64,000 nucleotides of DNA. Origin: Candidatus Omnitrophota bacterium. Its GTDB lineage: Bacteria; Omnitrophota; Gorgyraeia; JABMRG01; JAFGKX01. Positions within the stretch are counted from its first letter, which is position 1. Every line of letters starts with the position of its first letter. Positions 56,827-64,000 of this stretch are shown here, piece after piece. The stretch lies in contig JAZDPX010000013.1 in assembly GCA_043797125.1 (NCBI GenBank), positions 73,180 through 137,179 of the forward strand, read 5' to 3'. Made by a program: the position numbers and the translations under genes. The notes beneath the pieces are model-generated. The model searched no databases. It had not been told where the DNA came from and saw only the letters and a program-made list of their open reading frames with translations.

Positions 56827-56911
56827 GTAATTAAAAGCCCTTCCGACGTAGCGCAGGCTTAAGCCTGCGCTACGTCTAAGTCGAGATGCTTATAATGGCT
56901 GAGCTATTAAC
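56826..56911 (+). repeat. Palindromic MITE/REP-like element, full-length copy.
   Basis: tgtaattaaaagcccttccgacgtagcgcaggcTTAAgcctgcgctacgtctaagtcgagatgcttataatggctgagctattaac. Confidence 0.8.
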
Positions 56912-57016
56912 AATTACAGGGCAGTTTAGACACCCCTGCCCTGTCATTTTACTCCTTTTGAATCAGTAGATCCCTTTTAAATAATTATCGGGAAGACTTG
57001 AAGTAGAATCTCTTTT

Positions 57017-57184
57017 TTAGCGGCCTTCGTTCTTGCGCTTTGAAAAGCAATCCTTGCAATACACAGGACGATCCCCTCTAGGTTTGAAAGGTACGTCGCA
57101 TTCCTTATTGCAGTCTGAACAGGTTGCCTTGAACATTTCCCGTGGACCCCTGTCAAATCCACCATTACCCTTTTGATATCCCAT
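57017..57184 (-). CDS. Unannotated small CxxC-x17-CxxC zinc-ribbon protein, 55 aa, below the ORF-track size cutoff.
   Basis: Minus-strand ORF with RBS ggagga.
MGYQKGNGGFDRGPREMFKATCSDCNKECDVPFKPRGDRPVYCKDCFSKRKNEGR*.
The core is about 80% nucleotide-identical to the 3' part of 58899..59390. Confidence 0.65.
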   Translation of the reverse strand: MGYQKGNGGFDRGPREMFKATCSDCNKECDVPFKPRGDRPVYCKDCFSKRKNEGR

Positions 57185-57282
57185 GCTTCCTCCGTTTTAG
57201 ATTAGGCCTTTTTTGGTTCGCCTAACCTGTGTTATCCATACAATAGGTTATTATTATACATTCACTATTGCACCATGTCAAA

Positions 57283-57567
57283 CTATTTAATATTTATATA
57301 ACCAGCTAAAGTCGGGCTCCTCTTGCTTAAGAAAACCGTTGCCTTCCAAACGATTAAGATAGCGGCCGTGATGGTTGCTCCCAATAACAAATCGCTTGCT
57401 ATGTTTTCGGAAATAAGAAATAATTCCCCGTTCCAAAGATGGTCTATTAATCCGAAAAGGGCGCCTCCATAAAGCATAAGCATCAACCACCATGTCTTCA
57501 CGTCTTTCGTTTTGCCCCACGCTATTGTTGTAACTATAGCCCCTGCCAAGGGCGCTGCATAACACAT
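57283..57567 (-). CDS. Small membrane protein, 94 aa, three predicted TM segments.
   Basis: Hydrophobic segments AAPLAGAIVTTIAW, WWLMLMLYGGALFGLI and LLLGATITAAILIVW. An alternative overlapping frame, 57287..57565, is judged less likely. Confidence 0.4.
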   Translation of the reverse strand: MCYAAPLAGAIVTTIAWGKTKDVKTWWLMLMLYGGALFGLIDHLWNGELFLISENIASDLLLGATITAAILIVWKATVFLSKRSPTLAGYINIK

Positions 57568-57613
57568 ATGTCCCTCCTTATTTGCTGGAAGTTAACACAA
57601 AGACAATATAATG

Positions 57614-57832
57614 TCAAGAGATTTTAATGACCTTATCCCTGGATTTTTCACCGGAAACGATTCTTACCTGTGATTTTTTGATATTAAAATGCTGGGCAAG
57701 GACTTCTATGAGGGCTTTATTTGCCTTTCCGTCAATTGCTGCTGCGCTAACGCGCACCTTAAGGCTGTCTGCGAATTTCTCAACGCTGTTTATTTTTGCT
57801 TTCGGGATTACCCTTATTTTAACGGTTCTCAT
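57614..57832 (-). CDS. DUF167/YggU (UPF0235) family protein.
   Basis: 72 aa. VKIRVIPKAKINSVEKFADSLKVRVSAAAIDGKANKALIEVLAQHFNIKKSQVRIVSGEKSRDKVIKI matches the YggU pattern. Confidence 0.65.
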   Translation of the reverse strand: MRTVKIRVIPKAKINSVEKFADSLKVRVSAAAIDGKANKALIEVLAQHFNIKKSQVRIVSGEKSRDKVIKIS

Positions 57833-58875
57833 TACGATTTGCTGCGCTTTAGGTATTCTTCGAATTTTATCCAGAAAGGATCTGCTTTTGGGTGCTCGAG
57901 CTTCTTTTTCTTGCCGCTATCATAAACATGCATGCCATCGGCTGTTTTAGTAATCTCTCCGACAATGCTGGCAGGGATACCTTGGTCTTTAAGCGCTTTT
58001 ACTACCTGCTTTGCCTTGTTATCTTTTACTGTTGCAAGCAATGTCCCTTCGCTAATAGCGATATAAGGGTCGATGCCAAAGCAATCGCAGGTCTTTTTAA
58101 CAGCATCCTGCAGTATTATATCCTGTTTATTGATTATCATGCCGACATTGCTATGATTAGCAATCTCGTACAAGCCCCCGAATACTCCTCCCTCGGTAGC
58201 GTCGTGCATCGCGGTAACTCCGCCTACAGAAGCTGTAATAAGCGCGTCTTTAACGCATGACATCTGAAAATAGACATCTTGCGCTTCTTTGGTCAATTTT
58301 GCGCCATATTTTTCATTTAGAAATTTCGGAAAATACGCTGCCATAAGTCCTGTTGTTTCTATGGCCGGGCCCTTGGTAACGATAATTTTATCGCCTACAC
58401 ATGCGCGGGGAATTATTAATTTTTCTTTTTTATCGACGCCGAACATCGTTGCCCCGCCCACCATCGGGAAATTACATCCTGCGTAACGCGCGGTATGGCC
58501 TGTTACCACATTTATCCCTAGGTTTTTACATTCGTCATTTACAATATCCCACATATCCAAAAATTCGCCCTCGGTCATTTCCGGAGGCAAATTCAGGTCA
58601 ACGGCTAAATATTTTGGAGCGATGCCGCTTACAGCAACATCGCTTGCCAGTATATGAACGGCAAACCAGGCTGCCTTACGCATACCCAGCTCCTTGGCAA
58701 TGTAGAAAGGGTCTGTTGACAACACGACGACAGAGCCGCCTATCTCTATTGCGCCGAAATCCACGCCGTTCTGCGGCTTTACAATAACATTTTTATTCGG
58801 TGCGCCTAATTTATGGCGTATGTGTTTATCAAAAAAATCCGGGTGGATTTTACCGAGTTCTGGCATCTTTTCCAC
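57832..58875 (-). CDS. AIR-synthase-related (PurM-like fold) protein, selenophosphate-synthetase/HypE-related group.
   Basis: 347 aa. PurM N-domain VVVLSTDPFYI...HILASDVAVSG. C-domain GDKIIVTKGPAIETTG. Stop codon overlaps the start of the DUF167 gene. Confidence 0.55.
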   Translation of the reverse strand: MEKMPELGKIHPDFFDKHIRHKLGAPNKNVIVKPQNGVDFGAIEIGGSVVVLSTDPFYIAKELGMRKAAWFAVHILASDVAVSGIAPKYLAVDLNLPPEMTEGEFLDMWDIVNDECKNLGINVVTGHTARYAGCNFPMVGGATMFGVDKKEKLIIPRACVGDKIIVTKGPAIETTGLMAAYFPKFLNEKYGAKLTKEAQDVYFQMSCVKDALITASVGGVTAMHDATEGGVFGGLYEIANHSNVGMIINKQDIILQDAVKKTCDCFGIDPYIAISEGTLLATVKDNKAKQVVKALKDQGIPASIVGEITKTADGMHVYDSGKKKKLEHPKADPFWIKFEEYLKRSKS

Positions 58876-58898
58876 GTGTCACCTCATAGGTTAAGCGG

Positions 58899-59390
58899 TT
58901 ATTTTCTGCGTCGGGGGCTTGGCTGCCTTTTTTTATAAGGCCTTTTGCCTGCGCTATTTCTTTGCTTGGGGAAATGGCTCGCCGGCATAAAAGTTGTTTC
59001 TTGCGGTTTATTATTATGGTCTTCTTTAAACGGGTTTGCGCCTTTTCGTTTTGAAAAGCATTCCTTGCAATACACGGGGCGGTCCCCGCTGGGCTTAAAA
59101 GGAACTTCGCATTCTTTGTTACAGTCTGAACAAATAACCTTGGTAAAACTTCTGTCCCTAAAGCCGTCTTCTCTGGGCCTTCTATCATCATGACGAGGCC
59201 GGTCAAAACGCTGGAAAGGCTTTGGAAAGCGCTGGCCTTCGGACTTATTTTTAAAAGACTGGCTTGCCAATGCATCGATTTTGTTTTCAATGGATGCAAG
59301 CTGCTGCTGCATCTTGCTAATCAGGTCCATTATATCCGGCTCGCTTTGCGCCTGTGTTAAGGAACCTCTGTGCCTAAAATTTTTTTTCAT
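58899..59390 (-). CDS. CxxC-x17-CxxC zinc-ribbon protein, 163 aa: coiled-coil N-terminus, Arg/Asp-rich linker and basic C-terminal tail.
   Basis: CSDCNKECEVPFKPSGDRPVYCKECFSKRK with exactly 17 residues between the two CxxC pairs. C-terminus KRPYKKRQPSPRRRK. Confidence 0.7.
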   Translation of the reverse strand: MKKNFRHRGSLTQAQSEPDIMDLISKMQQQLASIENKIDALASQSFKNKSEGQRFPKPFQRFDRPRHDDRRPREDGFRDRSFTKVICSDCNKECEVPFKPSGDRPVYCKECFSKRKGANPFKEDHNNKPQETTFMPASHFPKQRNSAGKRPYKKRQPSPRRRK

Positions 59391-59400
59391 TTCACTCCTC

Positions 59401-59673
59401 CTAAATTTTACCCATAAACATTAGTATGCCGACAATAACAAATAACGCCGCGCCGCCGTATCTTATCATGTCGGGCCGTATATATTTGCTCAAGGTCGCG
59501 CCTATTAATACGGTGATCGCCGTTACTATAAGATAAGCTGAAACAGACCCTAACCACACAGTTAGAGGCTTGCCTGATTTAGCAGACAGGCTTATCCCAA
59601 TCAATTGCGTCTTATCTGCAAGCTCCGCGAAAAAAATCGCTGAAAATGTCGCAAAAAATATTTTCCAATCCAT
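59401..59673 (-). CDS. UPF0016 (GDT1/TMEM165/MneA) family half-size cation transporter.
   Basis: 90 aa, three TM segments. Family signature E-x-G-D-K-T appears as ELADKTQL. Confidence 0.6.
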   Translation of the reverse strand: MDWKIFFATFSAIFFAELADKTQLIGISLSAKSGKPLTVWLGSVSAYLIVTAITVLIGATLSKYIRPDMIRYGGAALFVIVGILMFMGKI

Positions 59674-59706
59674 ATCTGTTATCTCCTTTTATTTGTTGTG
59701 AGCCCT

Positions 59707-61536
59707 TTAATTATTCTGTTCTTTCTTGGTGGTTCGTTTACGGTCTGTTTCCTTAAGCTCGATTTTTCGCAGACGTATGCTCTGAGGGGTAATCTCGACT
59801 AACTCATCATCCTCTATAAACTCAAGGGCAATCTCAAGAGTCATTTCTCTGGGCGGGGTAAGCTGAATAGCTTCATCAGAGCCCGCGGCGCGCATATTTG
59901 TCTGTTTTTTTTCGCGCAACGCGTTTACCACCAAATCAGCGCCTTTATTATTCGCGCCTATAATCATCCCTTCGTATATCTTATCCCCGGGCTTTATGAA
60001 AATTTCTCCCCGCGGCTGCAGATTAAAAAGCGCGTACGCGACAGCCTTGCCTTCTGCATGCGAAATAAGCACGCCCTTTTGTCGCTCGGGCATTTCTCCC
60101 TTATAGTTCTGATACTCGAGAAAATTTTGGTACATTACACCGTTTCCGCGCGTCATCAAAAGAAAATCGCTTCTAAATCCTATCAATGCCCTTGAGGCAG
60201 CGATAAATTCCATGCATATAGAGCCTGATGATGTTGTTTTGAGGCTGCGCATTTCCGCCTTGCGAAGCCCCAGCGCCTGCATAATAGTTCCCTGATACTC
60301 GCTATCCACCTCGATAACCACTTCCTCTACGGGTTCAAGTGTTTTTCCGTCTATTTCCTTCAAAATAACATGGGGCCGCGAAACTTCCATTTCATATCCT
60401 TCGCGGCGCATTGTCTCTATCAGTATTGCGAGGTGCAGTTCTCCCCGGCCTGAAACCTTAAACCGTTCGCCGCCGTCAACTTCCTCAACCTTTATCCCGA
60501 CATTTATCATGGCCTCATGCTCAAGGCGTTCGCGTATGTGGCGCGATGTCAAAAACCTTCCGCCGTCTTTGCCGGAAAGAGGGCTTGTATTATGAGAAAA
60601 ATTCATTGAAATCGTGGGTTCGTCAATTTTGACTGTAGGCAAACTCTTTGGCTCATCAACGCATGCAAGCGTATCTCCAACCTCCATGTCCTCCATGCCC
60701 GCTAGCAATACAATATCTCCAGCCATCGCCTCGCTAACTTCTACCCGTGTTAACCCGCGATATTTCATAATCTTTGTCACCTTGCCCCTAGAAACAGCGC
60801 CGTCTCGTTTTACCAGGGCAACAGGGTCTGCGGCATGTATCAGGCCGTGGAAGATGCGCCCGATTGCAATACGCCCTACATATGAATCGTAGTCAAGCAT
60901 GGTTACCAGCATTTGAAACGGCAATTCAGGATCCGCGACCGGCGGCAACACCCTGTGCAGAATAGTTTCTAAAAGAGGTTTTACAGACTCGCTCGGCTCA
61001 TCAAGGTCAAGCGTCGCGTAACCGTTTTTCGCCGAGGCGTACACAATGGGGAAATCGAGCTGCTCATCAGAAGCGTTGAGCTCGCAAAAAAGATCAAATG
61101 TCATATTAGCAACTTCATCTGCCCTGGCATTTGCGCGGTCTATTTTATTTATTACAAGAATAGGCTTTAAATGCAGCTGCAGTGACTTTTTCAATACGAA
61201 TTTTGTCTGCGGCATCGGGCCTTCAACTGCGTCGACCAAAAGAAGCACGCCCTCGACCATTTCAAGAACGCGCTCTACCTCGCTGCCAAAGTCTGCGTGC
61301 CCTGGGGTATCCACAATATTGCACTGGACCCCCTTATATTGGAAAGATGCGTTTTTGGACACAATCGTTATGCCCCTTTCTTTCTCGATGGGGTTTGAGT
61401 CCATAATGGTCGCTTCGCCTTCTTTAAACGCATAGGCGCCTGTGTATTTCAGGAGCGCGTCGACAAGGGTTGTCTTGCCGTGATCGACATGCGCGATAAT
61501 CGCGAGATTTCTTACGTCTTTTCTTCTTTTTTGCAT
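59707..61536 (-). CDS. typA: Translational GTPase TypA/BipA.
   Basis: 609 aa. G1 AIIAHVDHGKTTLVD, DTPGHADF, NKIDR. EF-G-like domains. Confidence 0.9.
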   Translation of the reverse strand: MQKRRKDVRNLAIIAHVDHGKTTLVDALLKYTGAYAFKEGEATIMDSNPIEKERGITIVSKNASFQYKGVQCNIVDTPGHADFGSEVERVLEMVEGVLLLVDAVEGPMPQTKFVLKKSLQLHLKPILVINKIDRANARADEVANMTFDLFCELNASDEQLDFPIVYASAKNGYATLDLDEPSESVKPLLETILHRVLPPVADPELPFQMLVTMLDYDSYVGRIAIGRIFHGLIHAADPVALVKRDGAVSRGKVTKIMKYRGLTRVEVSEAMAGDIVLLAGMEDMEVGDTLACVDEPKSLPTVKIDEPTISMNFSHNTSPLSGKDGGRFLTSRHIRERLEHEAMINVGIKVEEVDGGERFKVSGRGELHLAILIETMRREGYEMEVSRPHVILKEIDGKTLEPVEEVVIEVDSEYQGTIMQALGLRKAEMRSLKTTSSGSICMEFIAASRALIGFRSDFLLMTRGNGVMYQNFLEYQNYKGEMPERQKGVLISHAEGKAVAYALFNLQPRGEIFIKPGDKIYEGMIIGANNKGADLVVNALREKKQTNMRAAGSDEAIQLTPPREMTLEIALEFIEDDELVEITPQSIRLRKIELKETDRKRTTKKEQNN

Positions 61537-61572
61537 AAGTGGACGCTATAGTAGCACTTTACGAATATATGT

Positions 61573-64000
61573 TCAAGGAAATTCAGCGCAAACGCTGACA
61601 ACGCGGGTTTTTACCCAGTCATGCTTGCCCGGGTACACAAAAGCTTCATTGATGAATTCTTCCGGAATAAATTTGTCGCCTGGGGTTATTTCAGTTGTGA
61701 AATCCGCGGTTAGGGAAAGGCCGGATATTATATTCTTTTTAACTGATGCCTCGGTAAATTTAAAGCAATACTCGCCCTCTGCTTTCTTAAGCAGCGTGTA
61801 TTTAAGGCTTCTTTTTTTAAAATATCCCGAACCATCAAATTTAAACGGCGAATAGACATTTATTTTAACTCTCCCCTCCGTTCGGGAAGGGTTTAATTTT
61901 CCCCATGTTCCTAATTCAGCGTTTACTAAATTAAGAAAGCTTTTGTCTGCTAGTTTCTTTTCAAGCAGAGAAACTCCCTTTTTATCCCATCCTAATACCA
62001 CCACATCATCACCTATTATCCAGGATAATTGAGAGCTGTCTTTAGACCAGTAAGACGAAATATAAGAGCGAAAGTATGCAGCAAGAGACGGCTCTGCCTT
62101 CATTATTGCGCTGGCCAACACAATACCAAAATATTTCCTGAAAACACCCCGCCCTTTTTCACCGACAGTAACATAAAAGCGTCTTTGAACTTCATCGTTC
62201 TTTATCCGGGCAGCTCTTTCCTTGTACTGCTTAACCGTAAATTCGGGTTTTTGGATCTTTAGTTTATCCAGGCTCGCGCCCGCCTCGGTGAAATTAATAT
62301 TTTTTTCGTATATCTCCCACAAAGGCCTCCTGTCAAGGCCTGTGCTAACTTGCGCCCACGGTTTTGACATGCCCTCTTCAAACGAAAAACCTTCAAACAG
62401 TTTCTTATTTTCTATGCCTTCTTTATTCAGCGCCTTCATAAACAGAGAAAAGAAAGGTTCCCTGACAGCGTTATAATAAGTGAATCCGGAATTGTTCAGC
62501 GCGTTTAAAAGCGCCTGTTTAATTCTATCGTCCGAGGCCCTCGCCAATATCTGCGACACGGCATACTCATTTGCCCCTATCGCCTCGCGGGCTTCAAACT
62601 TGCAGCTTTTCGCCTCACGGCAGATTCTGGAAATAATTTTATCATGTATATCCGCAGAAAACGCCTTATCAAACTCCAGAGGCGTCCATGGAAATTTAAC
62701 GAGCGGCGTAATGGAAAAGATAACGCGTGTTTTAGCATAAGACTTCTCTCTTGCCTCTTGCACCGTATTTAGAAATTCGCTAAATTCAGCGAAATCAGCG
62801 TCATCCTCTAGGCCGGTGGAAAGCATAAAGATCTTTAATTCCCGCGCCTTTATCTTAAACACTGATTCCATGCTTTTGTGCAGGGTTTTATCATTAAGAT
62901 TTTTGTTAAGATATCTCCTAAGCCTGGCTGATATGCCTTCCAGGCCAAAACTAAAAGTTGATTTTCCGGCCGCATGCTCGTATTCAGCCATAGCGGGATC
63001 GGCAGCGAAAGCGTCAATTCTCTGGCTTTTAAGCGCGGTCTTCTGGAAAAATAAGGAAAAGTCCCAAAGTATTTTATAGAACTCGGTATGCATATTAAAA
63101 TTGAAGCTCGAAAGGCTGATCTGTTCTAACCCCATATGCGCCTTCATCCTGAGGGCCTTTTCTGAAAGAAAAGGTGCGTTTAATTCCTTGTAAGGCTTCT
63201 TAAGCCAGCTTTCGGCGCAAAAACTGCACGATGCCCTGCAGCCTTCGCTGATAGGGATGTACCCGTTGCCGATTTCTTCTTCCGTATACGGGACAATTCC
63301 CTTTTCTAATATTTGCGGGGCCTCGGGTGAAAGCTTTTCAGTTTTTCGCGCTTTAGCGGCGTTGTCCGTCGAGTAAAACCCTGGCAGGGATTTTAATTGT
63401 TCTAATATCTCTTTTTTGGTCCTGCCTTGTTTGCGTCCAAAAGCGCAGATTTGGAGTAATTTTTTTATTTCTAAAACGCCGCTCCCCATGAATATGCCGT
63501 CAACCCATGAGTCGTTTCCCCATATGGATGTTGTGTAAAGGCTGTTCGCTCCTCCCATGATAACAAGCGGTATATCTTCTCTTTCTAAACGCTCGTTTCT
63601 ATTTAATGGTATTGCGCTTGTCTTAAGGAACTTAGGAATATTCAGTATTTCCTGAACTATGGAATTTGAAAAACCGACCACATCGAAAGCTTTCGCGCTA
63701 AACTTTGTCTGGGTTCCTAAAAGCCACGGAATATTATCTTTTTCAAACACCTTAGCGTCGTTATGAGGAGGCAAGTAGGCAATGTCAGGGAAAACATCCG
63801 CAATAGAAGCGGCTATCTGGTAAAGTAAAGAATGTGTGAATGAAGACGCCACATCTTTATATGTCGAAAGTCTCGTGAATAAAACCCTAAACGGCCTTAA
63901 GCTGTATTCTTCGTTGGGTAGCGTATTAATTTCGCCGCCGCGAAGCCACAACCCGTAGTCGGACAACAGCGGATAAACAGCGTCATACCATTTGGAATAA
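61573..64000 (-). CDS. Large radical-SAM domain protein, 5' end beyond the window. The reading frame continues past the reported TTG at 63966.
   Basis: ISEGCRASCSFCAES (CxxxCxxC). More than 800 aa. Frame stays open upstream of 63966 (…YSKWYDAVYPLLSDYGLWL…). Confidence 0.6.
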   Translation of the reverse strand, partial: YSKWYDAVYPLLSDYGLWLRGGEINTLPNEEYSLRPFRVLFTRLSTYKDVASSFTHSLLYQIAASIADVFPDIAYLPPHNDAKVFEKDNIPWLLGTQTKFSAKAFDVVGFSNSIVQEILNIPKFLKTSAIPLNRNERLEREDIPLVIMGGANSLYTTSIWGNDSWVDGIFMGSGVLEIKKLLQICAFGRKQGRTKKEILEQLKSLPGFYSTDNAAKARKTEKLSPEAPQILEKGIVPYTEEEIGNGYIPISEGCRASCSFCAESWLKKPYKELNAPFLSEKALRMKAHMGLEQISLSSFNFNMHTEFYKILWDFSLFFQKTALKSQRIDAFAADPAMAEYEHAAGKSTFSFGLEGISARLRRYLNKNLNDKTLHKSMESVFKIKARELKIFMLSTGLEDDADFAEFSEFLNTVQEAREKSYAKTRVIFSITPLVKFPWTPLEFDKAFSADIHDKIISRICREAKSCKFEAREAIGANEYAVSQILARASDDRIKQALLNALNNSGFTYYNAVREPFFSLFMKALNKEGIENKKLFEGFSFEEGMSKPWAQVSTGLDRRPLWEIYEKNINFTEAGASLDKLKIQKPEFTVKQYKERAARIKNDEVQRRFYVTVGEKGRGVFRKYFGIVLASAIMKAEPSLAAYFRSYISSYWSKDSSQLSWIIGDDVVVLGWDKKGVSLLEKKLADKSFLNLVNAELGTWGKLNPSRTEGRVKINVYSPFKFDGSGYFKKRSLKYTLLKKAEGEYCFKFTEASVKKNIISGLSLTADFTTEITPGDKFIPEEFINEAFVYPGKHDWVKTRVVSVCAEFP

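Noticed and set aside
56977-57165. 62-aa minus-strand ORF from the ORF track
   Set aside because: A different frame of the same locus encodes a paralog of the CxxC-x17-CxxC protein with a proper RBS. The 62-aa frame has no features.
57287-57565. 92-aa ORF overlapping the 94-aa membrane-protein ORF in another frame
   Set aside because: The Arg/Asn-rich translation is less plausible than the alternative frame, which encodes three clean TM helices.
58850-59299. 149-aa ORF overlapping the 163-aa CxxC-x17-CxxC gene
   Set aside because: Out-of-frame overlap. The CxxC frame is supported by paralogy to 57017..57184.
1-64000. Mobile genetic element, prophage or genomic island
   Set aside because: No integrase, transposase, recombinase, phage structural or tRNA-flanked boundaries detected. 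The dispersed repeats lack coding capacity, so they are treated as non-autonomous repeats rather than a mobile element.

Overview
AT-rich bacterial chromosomal segment, probably from an uncultivated anaerobic lineage. 47 of 48 confidently called genes lie on the minus strand. No rRNA, tRNA, CRISPR array, transposase or integrase was recognised.

Gene content, in minus-strand transcription order from the right end of the window:
- partial large radical-SAM protein
- TypA/BipA GTPase
- half-size UPF0016 transporter
- two paralogous CxxC-x17-CxxC zinc-ribbon genes, one of them a 55-aa ORF missing from the supplied ORF track
- PurM-like protein, DUF167 protein, RlmD methyltransferase, OmpA+2xLysM protein, GTP-PEPCK
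- a MacA-MacB-TolC efflux operon
- a homospermidine synthase + ODC-family decarboxylase pair
- a TMTC-like TPR glycosyltransferase, the only plus-strand gene
- RlmI, an MFS transporter, GMP synthase subunit B
- a 1091-aa exported HAD/SIS-like protein
- a candidate envelope-modification cluster: GT2, GT-C, alpha/beta hydrolase, MR/MLE epimerase, GH3
- an ABC-2/GldG-type transporter
- an Rrf2 regulator, CysK and a DUF39 sulfur module
- a CusCBA-type heavy-metal RND operon followed by a DUF318 CxC permease
- a 2595-aa giant protein built on a complete PEP-synthase/PPDK catalytic scaffold with a signal/TPR N-terminus and about 1800 aa of inserted or extended sequence, followed by a 528-aa secreted protein
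- an ECF sigma/anti-sigma operon with an LTXXQ periplasmic protein, CcdA, a TlpA-like thioredoxin and NifS

Non-coding structure:
- a MITE/REP-like family, about 95 bp full length, with a 15-bp perfect palindrome and 4-nt loop: nine intergenic copies, five full-length plus four palindrome-only cores, showing compensatory stem substitutions
- a second, unrelated ~95-nt repeat present twice in inverted orientation (upstream of cysK and upstream of pckG), built from 10-11-bp periodic ATCTGTGATC-like boxes
- a 49-nt tandem duplication with mutually exclusive hairpins
- two similar intrinsic terminators
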